Positions 9,037-17,477 are shown, counted from the stretch's first letter. The stretch is DNA of 32,000 bases from Vibrio alginolyticus NBRC 15630 = ATCC 17749 (GCF_000354175.2 NC_022359.1:1350001-1382000), one strand, 5' to 3'. Numbers and translations: made by a program. Notes: a model not told the origin generated them from the sequence alone.

Positions 9037-10422
9037 ATGCTCTTAACACGCGAATACATCGATAAAGCATTTTGGCAAAAGCTGATTACGATTGGCCTAC
9101 CTGTTTCACTTCAGTCCATGCTTTTTGCTTTGCTCGGCGTCGTGGATATTTTCATGGTAAGCCTACTCGGAGAATCTGCAACGGCAGCAGTTGGAGTTGG
9201 AAATCGTATCTTTTTCTTCAACCTAGCGGTTGTCTTTGGCCTGTGCGGTGCAGTTACCGTACTTGCTTCTCAATACTACGGCTCAGGAAACCTAGCCGGA
9301 ATTCGCAGAACGTTGGCGCAATCTTGGTTTATTTCCATTTTGGTGACGCTGCCGTTTATCGTTCTTTATGCGATTTTTGATGAAGAGATCGTCTCTTTTA
9401 TGTCAGACGATCCTGAATACGTCACTTATGCACGTGATTATCTTGTGGTTACGGGCTTTAGCCTCATTGCTACGGCGATAGTAGTACCGATTGAAGCGGT
9501 ATTGCGCTCCGTGGGCCAAACCAAACTGGCAACCAACGTTAGTATCTCCGCCATTGTCGTTAACGTCGCGCTTAATTATGTATTGATTTTTGGTTTACTT
9601 GGTTTCCCTCAATGGGGCGTATTTGGTGCAGCCGTAGGTAGTTTTGTTTCTCGATTTTTCCAAACGGCCGTCTTGATTTATTTTTTCTACAAACGATATG
9701 CTTACCTAATTCCGACTAAGTTCGATTGGGTACAAGGCCGCTTAAAACAGTATCGAAAAAAGTACTTTAAGGTTTCTTTACCCATGTTGGTCCACGATGC
9801 GCTTTGGACTGGTGGATTGATCGTTTACAGCATCATCTATGGTCAATTGGGCGTTTCAGAACTGGCGATCATCTCATTCTTATCACCGATTGAAGGGGTA
9901 CTGATTTCAACCTTTATGGGATTTGCGGTCGCTGCATCCGTTCTTCTTGGGAATGATATTGGTGCAAAATATTATGACCGAGTCGAGAAAACGGCGTGGT
10001 GGTATGTGTTAACCAGCGCAATCTTAGCCACCTTGCTGTTTTTCCTAGTGTGGTTGAGCTCGCCCATGATTCATCACCTATTGGTACTGAGCCCGTTAAC
10101 CGATGCAGACATGGCACTTAACGTATGTTTAGTCATGGCGCTAGGTATGATTTTGAGGGTGTTTAACATGGTTGGGATTGGCGGCGTACTAAAGAGTGGC
10201 GCTGATATTCGCTATAGCATTTTCATCGACACGTTCGGTCAGTGGGCTATTGGCATCCCCCTTACTTATTACACAGGCATGGTGTTAGGGCTGCCTTTGC
10301 ATTTTGTCTTGATGTCTCTGCTCGCGGAAGAGTTAGTGAAAGGCGTACTGACGACTTACCGTATTCAATCTAAACGTTGGATAAATAATATGGTTGAAGA
10401 TGACCAATCGGTGACAGCGTAA
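9037..10422 (+). CDS. MATE-family multidrug/toxin efflux transporter
   Basis: 461 aa with about 12 TM segments. The N-terminus ...LITIGLPVSLQSMLFALLGVVDIFMVSLLGESATAAVGVGNRIFF is typical of MatE repeats. AAGGAG lies 8 nt upstream of the ATG. Confidence 0.88.
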   Translation: MLLTREYIDKAFWQKLITIGLPVSLQSMLFALLGVVDIFMVSLLGESATAAVGVGNRIFFFNLAVVFGLCGAVTVLASQYYGSGNLAGIRRTLAQSWFISILVTLPFIVLYAIFDEEIVSFMSDDPEYVTYARDYLVVTGFSLIATAIVVPIEAVLRSVGQTKLATNVSISAIVVNVALNYVLIFGLLGFPQWGVFGAAVGSFVSRFFQTAVLIYFFYKRYAYLIPTKFDWVQGRLKQYRKKYFKVSLPMLVHDALWTGGLIVYSIIYGQLGVSELAIISFLSPIEGVLISTFMGFAVAASVLLGNDIGAKYYDRVEKTAWWYVLTSAILATLLFFLVWLSSPMIHHLLVLSPLTDADMALNVCLVMALGMILRVFNMVGIGGVLKSGADIRYSIFIDTFGQWAIGIPLTYYTGMVLGLPLHFVLMSLLAEELVKGVLTTYRIQSKRWINNMVEDDQSVTA

Positions 10423-10453
10423 CCAAAAAGACATTAACGAACTCACACCAAAA

Positions 10454-10487
10454 GGGCTCACCCGTTCTGCACGCGTGAGCTCTTTTT
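10454..10487 (+). terminator. rho-independent terminator after the MATE gene
   Basis: GGGCTCAC-(13 nt)-GTGAGCTC followed by TTTTT. Confidence 0.6.
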
Positions 10488-10506
10488 ATGTGCGGAGAAT
10501 GCTTGA

Positions 10507-10977
10507 TTAGATGTCCGTAAATCGATGAATGATTTGGTTTGAACTGCCACGCCATTCGAGATTGAGGTCTTTCTTGTCTTGTTCAAACTTACCATCAATC
10601 AAAACATCGATGTATTGCACCACTTCCCTTTGCGCGTCATTCAGTTCCGTCAGCGTGTAGCCAGTCCAAACCCAAATGTCTTTACCTGGGCACTCCTCTC
10701 TCACCCTTTTCACTATCTTCAAAATATGAGGCACATTAGCAGGGTGAAGCGGATCTCCACCCGACAACGACAAGCCACGGCGTTTGATACGCGTGTCGTT
10801 TAAGTCAGCGATGATTTTGTCTTCCGCTTCTTGCGTGAAAAGTACACCAGAATCCAAACGTTGCGTCGACTGGTTATAACAGCCACGGCACTGATGCACA
10901 CAACCCGACACAAACAGCGTACAGCGCGTACCCGGTCCGTTAACAACGTCAATTGGATAGTATTGGTGGTAATTCAT
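10507..10977 (-). CDS. nrdG: anaerobic ribonucleoside-triphosphate reductase activating protein NrdG (radical SAM)
   Basis: Starts MNYHQYYPIDVVNGPGTRCTLFVSGCVHQCRGCYN, nearly identical to the E. coli NrdG N-terminus including the Cys cluster. ATG at 10977. Downstream of nrdD. Confidence 0.95.
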   Translation of the reverse strand: MNYHQYYPIDVVNGPGTRCTLFVSGCVHQCRGCYNQSTQRLDSGVLFTQEAEDKIIADLNDTRIKRRGLSLSGGDPLHPANVPHILKIVKRVREECPGKDIWVWTGYTLTELNDAQREVVQYIDVLIDGKFEQDKKDLNLEWRGSSNQIIHRFTDI

Positions 10978-11060
10978 AATGCGTCTCTGTGTTATCGCGA
11001 AAGAGAAAATCAACCTGTTTAAAGTTGATTTTCAAAGTGTAAAACGAGTGGTAGTTAACC

Positions 11061-13181
11061 TTACAGGTGTTTAACTCGGCGCTTCACTTCTTCTTGCTTA
11101 CCGAAGTTAAACGGGCGTGCATCTGGGCTGCCTAGGTAGCCACAAACACGACGTGTCACTGACACTTTGGTTGAATCATGGTTGCCACAGCTTGGGCAAG
11201 TGAAGCCTTTACTTGTACAGTCAAACTCACCGTTGTAACCACACTCGTAGCACTCATCAATTGGCGTGTTAGTTCCGTAGTAAGGCACTCGGGTGTAACT
11301 GTAGTCCCATACGTTTTCTAGTGCTTCAACGTTACGTTGCATGTTCGGGAACTCGCCGTAACAGATAAAGCCGCCGCTTGAGATTTCTGGGTAAGGCATC
11401 TCAAAGTCGATCTTGTCGTATGGGTTCACCTTCTTCTCAACATCTAGGTGGAAGCTGTTGGTGTAGTAACCTTTGTCTGTTACGCCTTCAATTACGCCGA
11501 ACTCTTTCGCATCGATGCGGCAGAAACGGCTACATAGGTTTTCACTTGGCGTTGCATATAAGCTGAAGCCATAACCTGTTTCGTCAGCCCATTGATTCAC
11601 AGCATCTTTTAGATGCTTGATGATCGCGACCGCTTTTTCACGCAAAACAGCGTCATCATAAACGTGCGCTTCTGTACCGAATAGCGCGTTAATTGTCTCG
11701 TGTACACCGATGTAACCAAGAGAAATAGACGCACGACCGTTTTTGAATATATCTGCGATTGAGTCGTCTGCTTTCAAGCGAACACCACATGCGCCTTCCA
11801 TGTATAGGATTGGGGCCACACGTGCTTTCACGTTTTCAAGGCGAGAGATACGTGTCTCTAGTGCTTTACGAGCAAGACGTAGGCGGTCATTTAGAAGCTC
11901 GTAGAATTTCTCTTCGCTTCCGTTTGCACGGATAGCGATACGAGGAAGGTTCAAGCTCACGACGCCAAGGTTGTTACGACCTTCGTGAATCAGCTCACCG
12001 TTTTCTTCGTAAGTACCAAGGAAGCTACGGCAACCCATTGGCGTTTTGAATGAACCGGTTACTTCCACTACTTTGTCGTAGTTAAGAATGTCTGGGTACA
12101 TACGCTTAGACGCACACTCAAGCGCAAGTTGCTTGATGTCGTAGTTTGGATCTTCTGATTTGTGGTTCAAACCATCTTTGATGCCGAATACAAGTTTAGG
12201 GAATACCGCTGTTTTACGGTTCTTGCCTAGACCTGCAATACGATTCTTCAGAATCGATTTCTGGATCAGGCGGGATGCCCAGCTTGTACCAAGACCAAAA
12301 CCGAACGTAACGAATGGGGTTTGACCGTTCGCTGTATGCAGCGTGTTTACTTCGTATTCTAGAGATTGAAATGCGTCGTAACACTCTTTCTCAGTGCGCG
12401 CTTTTGCGAACTCTTCTGGCTCAGCAATGTTCCACTCTTTTGCAATCTCTAGGTGTTTCTCGTAGCTTGTGATTACGTACGGTTCTAGAACCTCATCAAT
12501 ACGGTTGATGGTTGTACCGCCGTAAATGTGGCTCGCGACTTGAGCAATGATTTGTGCTGTTACCGCTGTTGCAGTCGAAATTGATTTTGGCGTATCAATC
12601 TCAGCGTTACCCATTTTAAAACCATGCGTCAGCATGCCTTTAAGATCGATAAGCATACAGTTAAACATTGGGAAGAACGGTGCGTAGTCTAAATCGTGGT
12701 AGTGAATGTCACCCACTTCGTGCGCTTGAACCACATCGCGAGGAAGAATGTGCGTCTTCGCGTAGTGTTTCGCTACGATACCAGCCAACAAGTCACGTTG
12801 AGTCGGAATTACTTTGCCGTCTTTGTTCGCGTTCTCGTTGATTAGATCCAGATTACTTTCTTCAATCAAACCTTCGATTTCGCGAGTTAGTACACTTTGC
12901 TTCTCACGAGCGATGTCGCGATCGTGGCGATATTCAATGTAAGAACGCGCTAGGGCTTTGTAAGGACCTTGCATGAGTTCATTTTCGACTAAGTCTTGAA
13001 TCTCATGGATGTGAACTTCATCGTGTTCTCTTAACTGTAACTCGACAGCAAGAGCCACATTAAGAGCATAAATAGCGACATCTTTATCTTTGTTTTCCGC
13101 TGCTGCTTCAACTGCTGCTTGGATACGATCCCTGTTGAACGGAGCTCTTGATCCGTCGCGTTTGATTACGATTGGTTTCAC
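11061..13181 (-). CDS. nrdD: anaerobic ribonucleoside-triphosphate reductase NrdD (class III RNR)
   Basis: 706 aa, colinear with E. coli NrdD. Has the C-terminal Zn-ribbon CYECG...CPSCG and the glycyl-radical motif TRRVCGYLG. Confidence 0.97.
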   Translation of the reverse strand: MKPIVIKRDGSRAPFNRDRIQAAVEAAAENKDKDVAIYALNVALAVELQLREHDEVHIHEIQDLVENELMQGPYKALARSYIEYRHDRDIAREKQSVLTREIEGLIEESNLDLINENANKDGKVIPTQRDLLAGIVAKHYAKTHILPRDVVQAHEVGDIHYHDLDYAPFFPMFNCMLIDLKGMLTHGFKMGNAEIDTPKSISTATAVTAQIIAQVASHIYGGTTINRIDEVLEPYVITSYEKHLEIAKEWNIAEPEEFAKARTEKECYDAFQSLEYEVNTLHTANGQTPFVTFGFGLGTSWASRLIQKSILKNRIAGLGKNRKTAVFPKLVFGIKDGLNHKSEDPNYDIKQLALECASKRMYPDILNYDKVVEVTGSFKTPMGCRSFLGTYEENGELIHEGRNNLGVVSLNLPRIAIRANGSEEKFYELLNDRLRLARKALETRISRLENVKARVAPILYMEGACGVRLKADDSIADIFKNGRASISLGYIGVHETINALFGTEAHVYDDAVLREKAVAIIKHLKDAVNQWADETGYGFSLYATPSENLCSRFCRIDAKEFGVIEGVTDKGYYTNSFHLDVEKKVNPYDKIDFEMPYPEISSGGFICYGEFPNMQRNVEALENVWDYSYTRVPYYGTNTPIDECYECGYNGEFDCTSKGFTCPSCGNHDSTKVSVTRRVCGYLGSPDARPFNFGKQEEVKRRVKHL

Positions 13182-13223
13182 TTTGTTCTCCTTACCCGAG
13201 CATACTCACAGAGTTATCCACAA

Positions 13224-13239
13224 ACACACTATATGGGGT
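13224..13239 (-). promoter_or_regulatory. candidate NrdR box 1 (promoter-distal from FNR, in the nrdD leader)
   Basis: ACACACTATATGGGGT resembles the 16-bp NrdR box consensus (acaCwAtATaTwGtgt). It starts 33 bp from box 2, about three helical turns. Confidence 0.55.
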
Positions 13240-13256
13240 CATTTTTTATTCTGGCA

Positions 13257-13272
13257 ACACAATATATTGTGG
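13257..13272 (-). promoter_or_regulatory. candidate NrdR box 2 (overlaps the predicted nrdD transcription start)
   Basis: ACACAATATATTGTGG contains the perfect palindrome CACAATATATTGTG, a strong match to the NrdR box consensus. Confidence 0.7.
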
Positions 13273-13275
13273 CGT

Positions 13276-13281
13276 ATTTAA
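13276..13281 (-). promoter_or_regulatory. predicted nrdDG -10 hexamer (TTAAAT on the minus strand)
   Basis: If this is the -12..-7 hexamer, the FNR box centre falls at exactly -41.5 (class II geometry). Confidence 0.5.
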
Positions 13282-13303
13282 CGAGAAGCACCACTCGAAA
13301 ACA

Positions 13304-13317
13304 TTGATTTTGATCAA
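13304..13317 (-). promoter_or_regulatory. FNR box, perfect consensus TTGAT-N4-ATCAA, upstream of nrdDG
   Basis: TTGATTTTGATCAA, centred 129 nt upstream of the nrdD ATG. E. coli nrdDG is known to be FNR-activated. Confidence 0.85.
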
Positions 13318-13490
13318 TAAAGATTGGCTAGCGAACAAGAAGAAATCGATCTTATTGGCGTTGATCTCAGTTGCGAAGAAAACCATGAAAATTGCAAAAT
13401 TGGTACTAAATCTACTTGCTATTTTTGGAGGTCTTGTAGGATAAAGGATGGAAAGGAATACGCTAAAAGATAGGAGTGCAACAGGCCAAA

Positions 13491-14354
13491 ATGCGATCAC
13501 TTTTTGTTACGTTAATATTACTTTTTAGTTCTCTTTCATTTGCTCAAAACTCCATCAATCTAACCAGTTGGAACATAGAATGGTTATCTATAGATGGTGG
13601 AAAAGTGTCGAGAACACCACAAGATTTTGAAAAGCTGACCCACTATGTGGATAAAACACAAGCCGACATTTTTGCTTTTCAAGAAGTCGAAAGTGCTGCT
13701 GCCATCCAAAAAGCCGTTGGCAATGACTTCACTATTTATCTTTCCGATCGTTCAAACGCCTCCAACCGACACCTTCAGTTTAACGACACCAACCAATACA
13801 CAGGCTTTGCCGTGCGCAATGGCGTAAGCGTATTAGACAAGCCAGACTTCTCTATCACACGAGGCAACAGCAAGCTTCGCTTCGCGAGCTACCTTGTTTT
13901 AAATCCAAACCAAGAAAACGAGACTCACCTACTCTCTGTACATCTGAAAGCGGGTTGCAGTGGCGCGTATCGTAATAACCGCGATTGTAAGATAGTGAAA
14001 CAACAAGGACAGGCACTAGCTAAGTGGATAAAGGCGCGCGAGGACAACAAACAACATTATGTCCTGCTTGGCGACTTTAACCACAACTTGGGTTATCAAG
14101 GAGATTGGTTGTGGGACGTGATATCGGACAATACTAGTGCAAAGCTAGTGACTAAAGACACTAAAGCGGAATGTAAAGTGCGCTCTAATCGTAATCCGAA
14201 TAAAACCCACCAATTCCGCTCGGTGATAGACCACATCATTGCGAGTGGTGATTTAAAGGCGTCGTCTGGTGTTCAAACCGTTTTCAAAACACAAGATGTA
14301 CTCGACTATAAACTGAGTGACCATTGCCCGGTTTCTACGACACTCACTTTTTAG
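13491..14354 (+). CDS. secreted endonuclease/exonuclease/phosphatase (EEP, DNase I-like fold) family protein
   Basis: ATG at 13491 with AGGAG 13 nt upstream (the track start at 13476 is a GTG). Signal peptide MRSLFVTLILLFSSLSFA|QN. EEP hallmarks: SWNIEWL, DIFAFQEV, LLGDFN, SDHCPV at the C-terminus. Confidence 0.85.
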   Translation: MRSLFVTLILLFSSLSFAQNSINLTSWNIEWLSIDGGKVSRTPQDFEKLTHYVDKTQADIFAFQEVESAAAIQKAVGNDFTIYLSDRSNASNRHLQFNDTNQYTGFAVRNGVSVLDKPDFSITRGNSKLRFASYLVLNPNQENETHLLSVHLKAGCSGAYRNNRDCKIVKQQGQALAKWIKAREDNKQHYVLLGDFNHNLGYQGDWLWDVISDNTSAKLVTKDTKAECKVRSNRNPNKTHQFRSVIDHIIASGDLKASSGVQTVFKTQDVLDYKLSDHCPVSTTLTF

Positions 14355-14359
14355 CGTTT

Positions 14360-14387
14360 AAGTACTCTTTTTAACGTTGAAGTACTT
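14360..14387. terminator. weak hairpin between convergent genes
   Basis: AAGTACT-(14 nt)-AGTACTT with flanking T-rich sequence; AT-rich and short. Confidence 0.35.
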
Positions 14388-14390
14388 TCT

Positions 14391-14831
14391 TTATTGACGA
14401 ACCACTCTTTTAGCGGTGAATGACCCAACCAACATTGCCGCTATAAAGAGCAGAACTTGTGTGTTGCCAGTAAAAAGGCTGGCAACCGCAGGACCAGGAC
14501 ACACACCCAGTAAGCCCCAACCAATACCAAACAGTGCTGCACCACCGACTAACTTTTTGTCTATCGTTTTAGAAGTCGGACAGACAACCTCATCACCAAA
14601 CACAGATTCGCTTCTTGGCTTTATTAATAAAAGATAAGCAGGAACGAACACAACAAGTGCTCCGCCCATAACGAAGGCTAAGCTTGGGTCCCATGAACCG
14701 GTAATATCAAGAAAGCCGATCACTTTTGCCGGATCTGCCATACCAGAGACCACCATACCAATACCAAAGAGCACACCAGAAAATGCAACAACGGACATTT
14801 GCTTAATACTTTTCATTACGTGAGTTTTCAT
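14391..14831 (-). CDS. YeeE/YedE-family (sulfur transport-like) membrane protein, half-size, second of pair
   Basis: ATG at 14831 with GAGGA about 11 nt upstream, 14 nt after the stop of the preceding gene. Four hydrophobic segments and the motif [13 protein letters not shown]. Confidence 0.8.
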   Translation of the reverse strand: MKTHVMKSIKQMSVVAFSGVLFGIGMVVSGMADPAKVIGFLDITGSWDPSLAFVMGGALVVFVPAYLLLIKPRSESVFGDEVVCPTSKTIDKKLVGGAALFGIGWGLLGVCPGPAVASLFTGNTQVLLFIAAMLVGSFTAKRVVRQ

Positions 14832-14845
14832 AACGACACTATTCC

Positions 14846-15247
14846 TCACGATACTAGCAAGACGGTTAACATGGCTGTGGCCATAAAAGTACACGTCGCG
14901 ACCACAGAACGGATTGAGAAACGCCCTATTCCACAAATGCCATGGCCACTAGTACAACCATTGCCGATACGCGTACCAACACCGACTAACAAGCCAGCAA
15001 CGATAACTAAAATAAGATCACCGCTGTACTGATCTGGTACATGCCCGCCAAGAACATAAACAGCAAACAAGCCACCTAATACCATCGCAATTAAAAAAAC
15101 AATTCGCCAAACGCGGTCTGCGCTCTCAACGGCACCGTTTAAGATCCCACTGATCCCAGCAGTCTTGCCAGTAAATAGCATCAGTGTTATCGCTGATACG
15201 CCAACTATTATGCCGCCCAACAGCGACATCCAAGGAACTTCAAACAT
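14846..15247 (-). CDS. YeeE/YedE-family (sulfur transport-like) membrane protein, half-size, first of pair
   Basis: [12 protein letters not shown]... with the conserved motif [15 protein letters not shown] at 15247 (the track start at 15259 is a TTG). Immediately downstream of the ArsR-type gene. Confidence 0.8.
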   Translation of the reverse strand: MFEVPWMSLLGGIIVGVSAITLMLFTGKTAGISGILNGAVESADRVWRIVFLIAMVLGGLFAVYVLGGHVPDQYSGDLILVIVAGLLVGVGTRIGNGCTSGHGICGIGRFSIRSVVATCTFMATAMLTVLLVS

Positions 15248-15264
15248 AGCAACCGCCAAACTAA

Positions 15265-15555
15265 TTACTTACAGAACACTTGCTTAAAGGCCTCAACCAA
15301 CGGACCAACTCTTTCATCAGAAATTGAATAAAATACCTGCTGAGAAACTTTTCTAGCTTTAATAATGTCGTGCTTTCTCAATACGGTGAGATGTTGTGAA
15401 AAAGCAGATTGGCTTAATGATGAACCTTCAAACAGTTCACCAACCCCTTTCTCGCCTTCAATCAGCTTACACATCACGATTAGGCGCTCTGGATGAGCCA
15501 TAATTTTAAGCAGCTCACTCGCTTCGGTCGCACTTTGTAGCATACTGTCGCCCAT
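15265..15555 (-). CDS. ArsR/SmtB-family winged-helix regulator, BigR/SqrR/YgaV-like (candidate persulfide sensor)
   Basis: 96 aa. HPERLIVMCKL (alpha2 Cys29) and the HTH SQSAFSQHLTVLRKHDII. The only other Cys is C95 in the C-terminal QVFCK. AGAGG lies 7 nt upstream of the ATG at 15555. Confidence 0.82.
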   Translation of the reverse strand: MGDSMLQSATEASELLKIMAHPERLIVMCKLIEGEKGVGELFEGSSLSQSAFSQHLTVLRKHDIIKARKVSQQVFYSISDERVGPLVEAFKQVFCK

Positions 15556-15573
15556 TCTTATGCCTCTTCATTA

Positions 15574-15646
15574 CTACATTACATTTCATTAGATATTACT
15601 AATTAATATTATTAAGTCAATGCTAATGTAGATTAAATAACATTAG
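15574..15646. promoter_or_regulatory. divergent promoter/operator region with candidate ArsR-type operators
   Basis: Inverted repeats CTAATGT-N10-ACATTAG (15623-15646) and ATATTA-N5-TAATAT (15593-15609), plus an extra CTACATTA copy at 15574-15581. All lie in the 151-bp AT-rich gap between the divergent operons. Confidence 0.4.
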
Positions 15647-15706
15647 ACTTAGCTAATTTATTTAAGTAAGGTGTAGGCGTTTTCGATCATTCAGCAGGAG
15701 AAATCC

Positions 15707-17410
15707 ATGAGCAAAATCGTGATTATTGGTGGGGTTGCTGGCGGTGCATCTGCAGCAGCTCGCGCTCGTCGTCTTAGTGAAGACGCAGAAATCATTATGT
15801 TTGAACGCGGTCCATTTGTGTCATTTGCAAACTGTGGCTTACCCTATCACATTGGTGGCGATATCCAAGAGCGCAGCAAACTGCTTCTTCAAACGCCTGA
15901 GAGCTTTTTAGCGCGTTTCAATGTTGATGTCCGTGTGATGAACGAAGTGGTTTCTATTAACCGTCAAGACAAAACGGTTACGGTTAACAATTTGCTTGAT
16001 GGCTCTGAATACCAAGAGAGCTACGACTTTCTTCTACTCAGCCCTGGCGCAGGTCCAGTTGTGCCGCCTATTCCGGGTATTGATAACCCGTTAACGCACT
16101 CGCTGCGCAATATTCCAGATATGGATCGCATCATTAAAACGATCGAAACCAACAAAGTTGAACACGCTACGGTCGTTGGTGGTGGTTTTATCGGTTTGGA
16201 AATGATGGAAGCCTTCCACCAGCTAGGCATAAAAACCACATTAGTTGAAATGGCGGATCAAGTGATGACGCCCGTTGACCGTGAAATGGCTGGCTTCGCA
16301 CATGCTGAAATTCGTGAGAAAGGCATCGACCTTAAACTTGGCGTCGCACTTGAGTCGGTGAAATTCGTACCTAACGAGCACGTGGCAAGTTTCGACTCTG
16401 GTGAGAGCGAAAAACACCAACATCTAGAAGGTGAATTGGAATTAACACTAAACAATGGTGAAAGACTCACCACCGATATTCTGATTATGGCAATTGGTGT
16501 TCGCCCCGAGACCAAATTAGCAAAAGAAGCTGGCTTAGAAATCGGCGCTCTTGGTGGTATTTATACCAATGAATACATGCAAACCAGCGATCCTTCGATC
16601 TACGCTGTCGGCGACGCGGTAGAAGAGAAAGACTTCGTGACTGGCGAGCAAACTCTAGTGCCACTTGCGGGCCCGGCAAACCGTCAAGGCCGAATGGCAG
16701 CAGACAACATGCTTGGCCGCCAAGAAACTTACCAAGGTACGCAAGGCACGGCGATCTGTAAGATCTTTGATTTAGCCGTCGCTTCTACTGGTAAAAACGA
16801 GAAACAGCTGAAACGTGAAAACATCGCTTATGAAAAAGTGTATGTGCATACAGCAAGTCACGCGAGTTACTACCCAGGTGCAGAAACCGTGTCATTCAAA
16901 ATGCTGTTTGATCCAGTAACAGGTAAAATATTAGGTGCACAAGCAGTAGGTAAAGACGGTGTTGATAAACGTATCGACGTAATGGCAGTTGCTCAGCGTG
17001 CTGGTATGACGGTAGAGCAACTGCAACACCTCGAGCTAACTTACGCACCACCTTATGGCTCTGCTAAAGATGTAATTAACCAAGCGGCGTTTGTGGCAAA
17101 TAACATCATCAAAGGCGATGCGACCGCGATTCATTATGATGAAATGGATTCACTGACAGAAGACCAACTGTTACTTGATGTTCGTAATCCTGGTGAATTG
17201 GAGTCCGTTGGTTATCTTGAAGGTGCAATTAATATTCCTGTCGATCAACTACGTCGTCGCATGCACGAACTTCCTAAAGACAAAGAGATCGTGATTTACT
17301 GTCAAGTTGGGTTACGCGGTAACGTAGCATACCGTCAGCTGGTCAACAATGGTTACAAAGCCCGCAACTTGATTGGTGGATACAGAACTCTCAAATTTGC
17401 TCGCTTATAA
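15707..17410 (+). CDS. CoA-disulfide reductase-type flavoprotein fused to a C-terminal rhodanese domain (persulfide/polysulfide reductase type)
   Basis: FAD motif IIGGVAGGASAA, redox Cys SFANCGLPYHIGG, second Rossmann VVGGGFIGLE. C-terminal rhodanese with active-site loop IYCQVGLRG. AGGAG lies 7 nt upstream. Confidence 0.88.
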   Translation: MSKIVIIGGVAGGASAAARARRLSEDAEIIMFERGPFVSFANCGLPYHIGGDIQERSKLLLQTPESFLARFNVDVRVMNEVVSINRQDKTVTVNNLLDGSEYQESYDFLLLSPGAGPVVPPIPGIDNPLTHSLRNIPDMDRIIKTIETNKVEHATVVGGGFIGLEMMEAFHQLGIKTTLVEMADQVMTPVDREMAGFAHAEIREKGIDLKLGVALESVKFVPNEHVASFDSGESEKHQHLEGELELTLNNGERLTTDILIMAIGVRPETKLAKEAGLEIGALGGIYTNEYMQTSDPSIYAVGDAVEEKDFVTGEQTLVPLAGPANRQGRMAADNMLGRQETYQGTQGTAICKIFDLAVASTGKNEKQLKRENIAYEKVYVHTASHASYYPGAETVSFKMLFDPVTGKILGAQAVGKDGVDKRIDVMAVAQRAGMTVEQLQHLELTYAPPYGSAKDVINQAAFVANNIIKGDATAIHYDEMDSLTEDQLLLDVRNPGELESVGYLEGAINIPVDQLRRRMHELPKDKEIVIYCQVGLRGNVAYRQLVNNGYKARNLIGGYRTLKFARL

Positions 17411-17424
17411 CTTGATAATAAAAA

Positions 17425-17458
17425 AGAGAAAACCACGTGCTTGGTTTTCTCTTTTTTT
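17425..17458. terminator. bidirectional rho-independent terminator
   Basis: AGAGAAAACCA-cgtgct-TGGTTTTCTCT flanked by an A-run and a T-run. Lies between convergent genes. Confidence 0.85.
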
Positions 17459-17477
17459 GCAGGAAAGAAAGCGTAGA

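Noticed and set aside
13172-13500. ORFs 13172..13444(+) and 13246..13500(-) in the nrdD/EEP intergenic region
   Set aside because: They span the FNR/NrdR regulatory sites, have non-protein-like composition and no RBS. Only the terminal 19-codon piece is kept, as a low-confidence observation.
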